Assembly: GCA_964196305.1 (NCBI GenBank) | Contig: CAXMSJ010000078.1 | Coordinates: forward strand, 1-47,676 | Length of the DNA stretch: 47,676 nucleotides | Source of the DNA: an uncultured Acidimicrobiia bacterium | GTDB lineage: Bacteria; Actinomycetota; Aquicultoria; CAJVYJ01; JAUVQD01 | Reading direction: 5' to 3' | The notes under the pieces: generated by a model | Databases searched by the model: none | Told to the model about the DNA's origin: nothing | Seen by the model: the letters and a program-made list of their open reading frames with translations, nothing else | Made by a program: the position numbers and the translations under genes | Shown here: one piece after another, positions 29,542 through 37,445 of the stretch | How the letters are laid out: every line of letters begins with the position of its first letter | How positions within the stretch are numbered: the first letter of the stretch is position 1

Positions 29542-29877
29542 GTGGCGAACATGGCTGAAGGCATCATCGATTTAACAGACGGAAATTTTGCGACCGAGGT
29601 ACTCGAATCAGATACCCCGGTGTTGGTTGATTTTTGGGCTCCGTGGTGCGGACCCTGCCGCGTAATGGCTCCGGTGATCGAAGGTTTTGCTAAGAAACAT
29701 GCCGGGAAAGTAAAAGTAGGCAAGCTCAACGTAGATGAAAACCAAACTACGGCCGGCTCTCACGAAATACTGAGCATTCCAACATTTATCCTCTTCGTCA
29801 ACGGCAAAGAAGCCAAGAAATTCGTCGGCGCCGTACCGGAAAAGAAGCTCGAAGAAGAGCTCTCCGAGTGGACTTAG
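29542..29877 (+). CDS. trxA: thioredoxin
   Basis: WAPWCGPCR active site; 111 aa. Confidence 0.95.
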   Translation: MANMAEGIIDLTDGNFATEVLESDTPVLVDFWAPWCGPCRVMAPVIEGFAKKHAGKVKVGKLNVDENQTTAGSHEILSIPTFILFVNGKEAKKFVGAVPEKKLEEELSEWT

Positions 29878-29886
29878 GCGCCCGTC

Positions 29887-30078
29887 GTGTGTGAAGCAAA
29901 GGTCTATCTTGAAAAAGACGGCACTCGCGAGCTCCTGATGGAGGACGTTGTGTCTATCAAGCCTGTCGCCAAGGGCTTAAGCCTTATGGACATCATGGGA
30001 CGAGAAAAACCTGTGGCCGCCTCAATTAAAGAAATCAAACTCCTGGAGCACGCCGTACTTCTCGAGCCACTGGGCTAG
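29887..30078 (+). CDS. CooT-family small nickel-binding protein
   Basis: 63 aa. N-terminal MCEAKVYL with the conserved Cys2, and the family-typical length. Confidence 0.75.
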   Translation: MCEAKVYLEKDGTRELLMEDVVSIKPVAKGLSLMDIMGREKPVAASIKEIKLLEHAVLLEPLG

Positions 30079-30824
30079 CGCATACCGAGCAAGGTTTTCA
30101 GATGCTTGGTCTGTCGGCGACTGACCGGCACCTCACTTGACTCTGGATCCCTCATCTTGAGCATATAAAGCCCCCCATAGAGAGCAGTCATCTCAGTAAT
30201 CTGATCAAGGTTGACGACAAAACTGCGATGCGAGCGAAAAAACGACTTTGGCGACAAGCGGGCCTCGAAATCCTTGAGACGCAATGAACTGACGAACTTG
30301 CCTTTCTCACTATTAATAACTGTGAATTCCCCGTGGCTCTCAACAAAGAATATTTCTGCCGGAGACAGTAGGATCGTCTTAGATTGTCTAGTCACCGGGA
30401 TACGGTCAAACAATTCCGTTTCTGAACTCGGCTGCTTGCCGCCGCTAACCGGAGTTTTAACCTTTTTTACTACCCGCTCAACCGCTCTCTTGAGGCGATC
30501 TTCAGATACAGGCTTAACTAAATAGTCCGCTGCCTCCATCTCAAATGCCTTGACGGCAAACTGACCGTAAGCTGTGGTGAAAATAATAGCCGGCTGAGTT
30601 TCCATATCTTTAACCTTCTCGGCCATCTCGAGTCCGTTCATTCCCGGCATATCGATATCAACGAAGGCAATATCGTAGGGAATACTGCTCATCAGTTTCA
30701 AGGCCTCATCAGCCGTACCGGCCTCACCGAGAACTTCGACTTCATCCAGCTTCTCTAATAGATAGCGCATCTCCGAACGGGCCGGGGCCTCGTCATCGAC
30801 GATCAAAGCTTTAATTCTCAACAA
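30075..30824 (-). CDS. LytR/AlgR-family response regulator (REC + LytTR)
   Basis: REC domain with DDE...D (VDIDMPGMNG) and K. C-terminal LytTR (FFRSHRSFVVNL). Confidence 0.93.
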   Translation of the reverse strand: MLRIKALIVDDEAPARSEMRYLLEKLDEVEVLGEAGTADEALKLMSSIPYDIAFVDIDMPGMNGLEMAEKVKDMETQPAIIFTTAYGQFAVKAFEMEAADYLVKPVSEDRLKRAVERVVKKVKTPVSGGKQPSSETELFDRIPVTRQSKTILLSPAEIFFVESHGEFTVINSEKGKFVSSLRLKDFEARLSPKSFFRSHRSFVVNLDQITEMTALYGGLYMLKMRDPESSEVPVSRRQTKHLKTLLGMR

Positions 30825-32118
30825 TTCCTCCCGGGGTCGGTATCCGGAGCGTCACCTCGGTACCTTGTCCCACCGTGCTATTAATATTCATCAAACCGGA
30901 CGATCCATACAGGCTGCTTAGTCTTTCCTTGACATTGTTAAGCCCAATTCCCAAGCCACTCGAGCTATCACTGTCAAACTTTGACAGGCTCTCCGAGCCC
31001 ATACCTACTCCGTCATCATATACTTGCACATACAAGTGAGCGCCTTCCAGTCTAGCAGCTAAACCTAGATGAAGGGGGCCGGACTTTGCCATCCCGTGCT
31101 TGACTGCGTTCTCGACCAGGGGCTGTAAGACCAGCGAGGGCAGCGTGGCCTTCCGGGCCTCTTCGTCGATATGCCAATCAATCTGTAGGCGCTCCCCAAA
31201 ACGAGCCTGCTCGAAAACAAGGTAGGAGTTAACATAACGCAATTCTTCATCCAAGGTCGTAAACTGATTCTGCCTCTCCAGGGACTCGCGAAAAAACCCG
31301 GCGAATTGAATGATCAAGCGCCGCGCGGTCTGCGGATCAGTCCGACAAAGAGCGGCGATAGTGTTCAAAGTGTTGAAAAGAAAATGTGGATTGATTTGAG
31401 CCCGTAAAGCCTTGAGCTCGGAGTGGACCGCCAAGGCTTGTTGCTTGTCAAGCTCTGAGAGCTCTAGCTGGGTGCTAAGGAGAGTGCTCAGCCCGGTCGC
31501 CACGGCAATCCGGTTTTCAGAGAGCTTTTTCGAGGACAAATAGAGAAGCTCCAGTGTTCCCCGGACTTTCCCTTGCACCGAGAGGGGAACGGAAACCCCC
31601 GTCCATTTGCGACTACGACTGTCAGCACTCTTGCCCCCCTCCAGTGCCTGGAACGTCATGACCCCAGCCTGATCTCGCTCGTCGGTCCGAACGAGAAACA
31701 TATCGTACATCATGCCAACCGCTTCCACGCCGACGGCTGCCAGTATCTGATTGCCGTCCACTACAACCACGGCATCGACATCACTGCGGTCAAAGATTAT
31801 CTGGGCGACCTCGCGACCGGTCTCGCCGGTAAAGCCGCGGCGCAGATGAGGCAGGGTCTCATTGGCGATCGTCAACATCTGATGCGACTGCATCGCCCGG
31901 GCCCGCTCCGGGCCTTCGTGCCATTTATAGAGTAGGGTCAAAACAGCAACCAGGCTGATCCCGTAGATAACCCCAACTACGAGAAGGGCGGCGCCGTTGT
32001 TAAATGTAACGCGAAAAATACCGCTAACGAACAGGATGAAGAATATTAGGGCTGAGGCCCCAATTGTCAGCGCACCAAGCGCGATGTATGAGAAAGAAGA
32101 GGGCTGCTTGTTCGCCAT
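30811..32118 (-). CDS. LytS/YehU-type sensor histidine kinase (TM + GAF-like + His_kinase + HATPase_c)
   Basis: LRAQINPHFLFNTLNTI (PF06580-type H box), N box VENAVKHG, G box DDGVGMG...GLGIGLNN. 14-nt overlap with the regulator gene. Confidence 0.9.
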   Translation of the reverse strand: MANKQPSSFSYIALGALTIGASALIFFILFVSGIFRVTFNNGAALLVVGVIYGISLVAVLTLLYKWHEGPERARAMQSHQMLTIANETLPHLRRGFTGETGREVAQIIFDRSDVDAVVVVDGNQILAAVGVEAVGMMYDMFLVRTDERDQAGVMTFQALEGGKSADSRSRKWTGVSVPLSVQGKVRGTLELLYLSSKKLSENRIAVATGLSTLLSTQLELSELDKQQALAVHSELKALRAQINPHFLFNTLNTIAALCRTDPQTARRLIIQFAGFFRESLERQNQFTTLDEELRYVNSYLVFEQARFGERLQIDWHIDEEARKATLPSLVLQPLVENAVKHGMAKSGPLHLGLAARLEGAHLYVQVYDDGVGMGSESLSKFDSDSSSGLGIGLNNVKERLSSLYGSSGLMNINSTVGQGTEVTLRIPTPGGIVEN

Positions 32119-32161
32119 ATTGCCTCCGAGCTGCTAAAACATTATATCTGAAAGCGGCGTA

Positions 32162-32908
32162 TTAGACCAACCTGGATAGCTCAAAGTAGCCTAGAGCCGT
32201 GGCCGCCAAAATAAGAACCAGCCCGAATAAGTGAGCCAGAGACTCGTTCTTCAAGCGGATAGCCGCCCGCGCCCCCAGATAAGTGCCGGGAACGGCACCG
32301 ATGATCAACAACATAGCCAGGCCTAAATCGACATTACCCAGACTGTAGTGAACGAGCGCCGCCGGAACAGTAATTGCGCCGACGACGGAGATAGAAGTAC
32401 CAAGGGCAGTCTTCATGTCAAGGCCCAGCCACAGGCTGAGGAAAGGGACCAGCATGAAACCTCCTCCAAGGCCCAGGACTCCGGAAACCACGCCAATCGC
32501 TGCGCCAACCACTGCCAGCCACCGCCGGCTAATATCCTTCTCCGCGACCTCCCTGGCTGCTCCTTTTCCGACCACGAAGCGCACGCCAAGCACTAGAATT
32601 ATTCCAGCGGTCATCAGCAAGATCAAGTTGCCCCCGACCAACGGGGTCAAAAGCGCGCCAATGACCGAGCCAACGATACCGGCCGGTGCCAAGATACGCA
32701 CTCGCGCCCACGAAACATATCCGCGCCGACCGTAGGAGACCGCGCCGACCAGTGATGCCGGGATATTGACGAGCATCGGCGTCCCGACAACAATCAGAGC
32801 CGGCTCTCCGAGAATCATCCTAACCGCCGGCTTGGTAATCAATCCACCCCCGAGCCCGAAGTGGCCGGAGAGAAACCCCGAAGCAAGTCCGATCAAGGCC
32901 TCAAGCAT
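32162..32908 (-). CDS. TauE/SafE-family anion exporter
   Basis: Eight TM helices and duplicated GxGGG motifs. I prefer ATG 32908 (MLEALIGLASGFLSG), which overlaps the upstream stop by 8 nt (ATGCTTGA). Confidence 0.85.
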   Translation of the reverse strand: MLEALIGLASGFLSGHFGLGGGLITKPAVRMILGEPALIVVGTPMLVNIPASLVGAVSYGRRGYVSWARVRILAPAGIVGSVIGALLTPLVGGNLILLMTAGIILVLGVRFVVGKGAAREVAEKDISRRWLAVVGAAIGVVSGVLGLGGGFMLVPFLSLWLGLDMKTALGTSISVVGAITVPAALVHYSLGNVDLGLAMLLIIGAVPGTYLGARAAIRLKNESLAHLFGLVLILAATALGYFELSRLV

Positions 32909-34460
32909 CGGCAGCCACCGCTCGTTCTGCCTCTGCCAAGGCCTCCGCCCCAGAGGCCTGACCATTGAGCTCCACAGCCGCCGCCCTGATCAGAAGACGT
33001 ACTCCCACGTCTTCGGCTAACCAGAAAACAGTCGCTGCTACTTTCTCGCGGAGCCTCTCAAAGACCGCGGTCGCCGACCGCTCGCCCGTTTCAGGCAAGA
33101 GCAAGGCAAAAGTGTGCGGGCCACTTAACGCCAGAGTATCACTCTCCCGAGCCTGACCGGCCAATACCTGTGTTAAAAGGACAATGGCCCTATCGGAAGC
33201 GCGGCGCCCATAGCGAGTAATGATTTCGTCGATCTCCGCGATCCGGAAGGTCGCCAGCGTCAACTTCCTTGAATAGCGGACTGCCCGTTTCATCTCCTGA
33301 TCCAGCGCCCGCTCCAACCCGACTCTGTTCAGCAGCCCGGTCAAGACATCAGCGTCTGCTGTTGGTTGGAACTGAGTGAGGGCAGACCGTAGGCGCTCGT
33401 TCTCTAGGGGCAGGCAGGCCGACCAATCAGAATACCCCCGGACTACAGCCGCCGCCTGCTCCTGACAAGTCTGGTAGCCACAGACCATACAATCGAGACG
33501 TGATTCACGCTCATTCAGACCAGCCCCCAAGAGCTGTTCCTCCAATTGACCCGAGGAAACCTCCCTGACGTGCGGCGGACGCACAGAGAAGCCGATTGCC
33601 TGAGCCAGATGACTCAAGGGCCGAAGCTGCTCATCGGAAAGACGGGGGCCGGTCCCGTTAAGGGCGGTCGCGCATTGACCGCACCCGTGAATGTCATGGA
33701 AAATCGCCTCGGAGTCTGCACCACTGCTCTGCGGCAGCTGATCGAGGAGCAATTGGGGATCAAAAGGAGCCGACTCTTGAGCCAACATCCCGGTATCAAT
33801 CTTAATACCCCGCTCCTCCAGCATCAGCAATAATTGGGACATCGAGATGACAGCCACCGGTGCCTGATCGTCTCGGTCGACAACGGTCTTAGCCCCCAGG
33901 CACGAGGTGATCAGAACCACGTTCGGGCGCTTCGGATAGACTTCTCTCACGAGCCGGCTCTGAACCTCGGACTCGGTGGCCAACGGCACCAGTGCGTCAA
34001 TCAGGTCTGGTCGAAACTGCTCGACCAAGTTGACCACTACTGGACACGAAGATCTGATCAACGGCCCGCTCTCGTGGAGCGCCCGCACTTCCCGGTACTG
34101 AAAATCCAGAAGTTGCCGCGCGGCCGAACCATCCTCAACCGCCAAGAAGCCAAGTGAAGTCAGCGCCTCCTGCCAAACCGTCCAACTCACGCCCGACCAA
34201 GCGGCTCGAACCTCCGGAGTCAAAACAGCAACTGCCGCGCCGCCCTCAAGGCATTCGGCTACCACTGCCGATTCATCGGTAGCCAACAGCGCATTCTGGG
34301 TGCAGACCGAGACACAAGCGCCACAAGCAATACAACGATCCATGTCGACCTCAAGGACGTCACTGGTGACCATGATAGCCTTAGGCGAGCAAATGCGAAC
34401 GCAATGTCGGCAACGCCGGCAAGCACTGGTTTGGGTCTGAATAATCTGTGAGGCGGCCAT
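32901..34460 (-). CDS. Fe-S sensor protein: 2x[4Fe-4S] ferredoxin + [FeFe]-hydrogenase-large-subunit-like domain + CX2CX4CX17C Fe-S domain + degenerate GGDEF domain
   Basis: CRRCRHCVRICSP and CIACGACVSVC; SSCPVVV, ITSCLGAKT, HGCGQC; DCMVCGYQTCQ...ACLP. The GGDEF fold (LTGLLNRVGLERAL...) keeps RESD (RxxD), but its active site reads SGPHTF (33108-33125). I prefer ATG 34460 (MAASQ) to the start at 34532. Confidence 0.85.
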   Translation of the reverse strand: MAASQIIQTQTSACRRCRHCVRICSPKAIMVTSDVLEVDMDRCIACGACVSVCTQNALLATDESAVVAECLEGGAAVAVLTPEVRAAWSGVSWTVWQEALTSLGFLAVEDGSAARQLLDFQYREVRALHESGPLIRSSCPVVVNLVEQFRPDLIDALVPLATESEVQSRLVREVYPKRPNVVLITSCLGAKTVVDRDDQAPVAVISMSQLLLMLEERGIKIDTGMLAQESAPFDPQLLLDQLPQSSGADSEAIFHDIHGCGQCATALNGTGPRLSDEQLRPLSHLAQAIGFSVRPPHVREVSSGQLEEQLLGAGLNERESRLDCMVCGYQTCQEQAAAVVRGYSDWSACLPLENERLRSALTQFQPTADADVLTGLLNRVGLERALDQEMKRAVRYSRKLTLATFRIAEIDEIITRYGRRASDRAIVLLTQVLAGQARESDTLALSGPHTFALLLPETGERSATAVFERLREKVAATVFWLAEDVGVRLLIRAAAVELNGQASGAEALAEAERAVAADA

Positions 34461-34474
34461 CAAGTTAAAGTTGT

Positions 34475-34490
34475 TTTTGGATATCCAAAA
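34475..34490. promoter_or_regulatory. perfect 16-bp palindrome TTTTGGATATCCAAAA, candidate operator
   Basis: Read directly. It lies 15 nt upstream of the preferred start of the Fe-S sensor gene, in the divergent intergenic region shared with the STAS gene. Confidence 0.35.
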
Positions 34491-34641
34491 TAAGTATAGA
34501 GGACGGGGAGAGCAAAACCAAGGCAGGCTCACTCATGAAAAACCGCCTGATAGTTTGACTTGCGGCTGCTCGCACTGTACAGTTGAATACTGCCAGGAGC
34601 TCATCAAATGGGTCTTTGCGAAACAGATTATGGAGGCGTGA

Positions 34642-35070
34642 GTGGACGATCAAAAGACGCCCGGCGAGCTGCCCAACAACGCCACGGAAATTACGGAAAG
34701 TTGTTCTTTATTCATCTCCGACGAAACTGATTTTCCGATTGTAAGCATCGCCGGAGAAGTCGATCTTTCCAGTGCACCCACCGCATATTCCCTGCTCTGG
34801 CAGACTAGCAACGAGGGCAGCCGCTCCTTGATCATCAACCTTGAAGAACTTGAGTTTATGGACTCGTCCGGGCTGCAAGCCCTCTTGCGGTTGCGCGAGA
34901 AACTACGAGCTCGCAAGCAACGGGTCGTGCTGGTTGGAGGTAAGCCGCCCATTACGAAACTCTTTAAATTAACGGGCTTTGACCAGCTATTCGCGATCTT
35001 CCAAAGCGAACAAGAAGCTAAGGATGAGCTGAAGCTAAGCGCGTCTTCACCAGCCGCACCGCCTCAATAG
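34642..35070 (+). CDS. STAS-domain protein (anti-sigma-factor antagonist family)
   Basis: FMDSSGLQALLRL...VVLVGGKPPITKLFKLTGFDQLF. GTG start, with GGAGG 5 nt upstream. Confidence 0.85.
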   Translation: MDDQKTPGELPNNATEITESCSLFISDETDFPIVSIAGEVDLSSAPTAYSLLWQTSNEGSRSLIINLEELEFMDSSGLQALLRLREKLRARKQRVVLVGGKPPITKLFKLTGFDQLFAIFQSEQEAKDELKLSASSPAAPPQ

Positions 35071-35521
35071 GGCCAGAGGCCACCAAGGCCGCTTGCGCCA
35101 CCAGATCAAGCCCCGCCAATTCAAAACTTTCCAGCAAGATAACTGGTCGGCCCAACTTAAGCGCCAGACCGATCTCACTCATCGTGCCGGCGCCACCACC
35201 AACGGCAATAACCCCGTCCGCGGCTTTAACTACCAGATAGTTGCGACCGTGACTGAACCCCGTGGGAATCGACACGCTCAGATAGCGACTCGCCTCTGTA
35301 CGATCATCACCGGGAAGGATGCCGACGGACAACCCCTCGGCAGCCGCCGCCCCCCGGGCAGCCGCTTCCATTACACCGCCAAGGCCGCCACAGACCAGAA
35401 CAAATCCAGCTCGGGCGATCTCTTCCCCGACTTGATAAGCCAACTCGGCCTCTCGAACGCTGGCCTCACTGGCTCCGATCACCGAGATATAGCCCCCCGG
35501 CCCGCCCTCACTCAATACCAT
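35018..35521 (-). CDS. TIGR00725-family (LOG/SLOG-like) protein
   Basis: VCGGLGGVMEAAARGA and VGGGAGTMSEI motifs. Confidence 0.8.
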   Translation of the reverse strand: MVLSEGGPGGYISVIGASEASVREAELAYQVGEEIARAGFVLVCGGLGGVMEAAARGAAAAEGLSVGILPGDDRTEASRYLSVSIPTGFSHGRNYLVVKAADGVIAVGGGAGTMSEIGLALKLGRPVILLESFELAGLDLVAQAALVASGPIEAVRLVKTRLASAHP

Positions 35522-36398
35522 GCAGATGTGGATTTATGTGAACCATCACATCCGCCACCTCCTCGATTTGCTCGGTGATCCGCAACTTAACCAGCTTGGA
35601 GATCTCATGCCCATCTTTGACAGTGAGGTCTGGATCAACATCGATCTTGATCTCTACAAACAAATTGGAACCTAGGCGCCGAGCGCGCGCCTGAGTATGC
35701 TCGACCCCTTGAGTCTCTTCGGCAACGGTCGTGATCCGCTCCATAATATCGTCTTCAGGGACACGATCCATCAACTCCCGGCCAGCTGTACCGGCCACAT
35801 CATAAGCCAGTTTTAAAATGATCAGCGAGACCAGTCCGGCGGCGAGAGGATCCATGATCGGATACCCGGCACGCGCCCCAGCGATTCCCACCAGGGTAGC
35901 GATCGAGGTAATAGCATCTTTGCGGTGGTCCATGGCTCCGGCCATCAATAGCGTACTCCGGTGCTGCCGTGCCGAGCGAGAAACGACCTGATAAAGACCC
36001 TCTTTGACCACGATCACGACAATCACAGCGAACAGAGCTATCCCTCCCGGCGTGTCTGGCACACCGGCGCTGATCGAACTGATCGTTCTGGTCAAAATAA
36101 TGATCCCCGCAGAAGCGATCATTACGGCAATCAAGCCGGTAGCAATAGATTCTGCCCGACCGTGCCCGTAGGGGTGATCCCAGTCGACCGGCTTTTGCGA
36201 TATCCGCAAGCTGACCAAGACTACCGTCTGGGAGACCACGTCGCTCAGAGATTCGACCGCATCCGCCACCATGGCCTGACTGCGACCAAGAATCCCGGCA
36301 GCAAACTTGAAGATCGTCAAAAGCACGTTGCCGCCAATGCTCACCCATGAAAGCTGGATGATTTGACGAAACCGCTCTTCTTGCCCCCCGACAGTCAT
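35508..36398 (-). CDS. cation diffusion facilitator (CDF) transporter
   Basis: Six TM helices, a DAVESLSD-type metal site and a C-terminal cytoplasmic domain. I prefer ATG 36398, which avoids overlap with asd. Confidence 0.88.
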   Translation of the reverse strand: MTVGGQEERFRQIIQLSWVSIGGNVLLTIFKFAAGILGRSQAMVADAVESLSDVVSQTVVLVSLRISQKPVDWDHPYGHGRAESIATGLIAVMIASAGIIILTRTISSISAGVPDTPGGIALFAVIVVIVVKEGLYQVVSRSARQHRSTLLMAGAMDHRKDAITSIATLVGIAGARAGYPIMDPLAAGLVSLIILKLAYDVAGTAGRELMDRVPEDDIMERITTVAEETQGVEHTQARARRLGSNLFVEIKIDVDPDLTVKDGHEISKLVKLRITEQIEEVADVMVHINPHLHGIE

Positions 36399-36421
36399 CG
36401 ACCAACCGGCTACAGCCGGTG

Positions 36422-37441
36422 CTAGGGCAGCCGTCCCCGGACGACTAATGCCTCCGCGATCTGCACTGCGTTCAGGGCCGCTCCCTTGCGCAGATTGTCT
36501 GCAACTACCCAAATATTCAGGCCATTAGCAACCGAGTCGTCCCGACGAATCCGGCCCACATACGTCTCGTCGCTCCCCGCAGCGGCCAAGGGTGTTGGAT
36601 AGACAGACTGCTCCGGGTTATCCAGTAGAGTAACTCCAGGGGCAGCTTCCAGCGCCTGCCTGGCCTCCGCCACATCGACCTCCCGCTCAAACTCGATATT
36701 GATCGATTCGCTGTGACCACTGACGATCGGCACGCGGACTGTTGTAGCAGTAATCGGCAGATCCGGCAGACCCATAATCTTCCGGGTCTCGGCGATCATC
36801 TTGATCTCTTCTTTTGAATATCCGGATTCGAGAAACACATCTATATGGGGAAAAAGATTGAAGGCGATCGGTTGAGCATAGACTTGCGCCTGTGGCTCCC
36901 GGTTCGCCAAGATATCGCGAGTCTGCTCCAGTAATTCATCAATGGCCTCGCGACCAGTACCGGAGACAGCCTGATAGGTCGAAACGACGACCCGCTTCAT
37001 GGTCCACAAATCGTGCAGTGGCTTGAGCGCCATGACCATTTGGATTGTCGAACAGTTGGGGTTGGCAATAATACGGTCGTGACCATCGAGAGCGCCAGGA
37101 TTGACTTCTGGAACCACCAGCGGCACCTTGGGGTCCATCCGCCAAGCACTGCTGTTGTCGATAACAACTGCCCCCGCATCTCGCGCGACTGGGGCGTAGT
37201 CGAGGCTGACAGCCCCACCGGCCGAAAACAAAGCAATGTCTATCCCCCTAAAAGAATCGCTGACCAGAGCCTGGACTTCCCGCTGGCCACCCTGCCAATC
37301 ACGCCTCTGACCGACAGAACGAGCGGACGCCAACAATGTCAGCTCGCTCACTGGAAACCGGCGCTCCGCTAGAATCGAGCGCATCTCCTCGCCGACCAGA
37401 CCGGTGGCCCCGACAATAGCGACTCTGTATTCGCGACTCAC
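36422..37441 (-). CDS. asd: aspartate-semialdehyde dehydrogenase
   Basis: VAIVGATGLVG Rossmann start and active-site NPNCSTI. I prefer GTG 37441, which gives 339 aa and lies 4 nt after the lysC stop. Confidence 0.95.
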   Translation of the reverse strand: MSREYRVAIVGATGLVGEEMRSILAERRFPVSELTLLASARSVGQRRDWQGGQREVQALVSDSFRGIDIALFSAGGAVSLDYAPVARDAGAVVIDNSSAWRMDPKVPLVVPEVNPGALDGHDRIIANPNCSTIQMVMALKPLHDLWTMKRVVVSTYQAVSGTGREAIDELLEQTRDILANREPQAQVYAQPIAFNLFPHIDVFLESGYSKEEIKMIAETRKIMGLPDLPITATTVRVPIVSGHSESINIEFEREVDVAEARQALEAAPGVTLLDNPEQSVYPTPLAAAGSDETYVGRIRRDDSVANGLNIWVVADNLRKGAALNAVQIAEALVVRGRLP

Positions 37442-37445
37442 GCTA

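Noticed and set aside
35800-36405. 201-aa minus-strand alternative-frame ORF within the CDF transporter gene
   Set aside because: It is on the same strand but out of frame with a gene that shows six TM helices and CDF motifs. The alternative frame is Arg/Gly/Cys-rich with no motifs.
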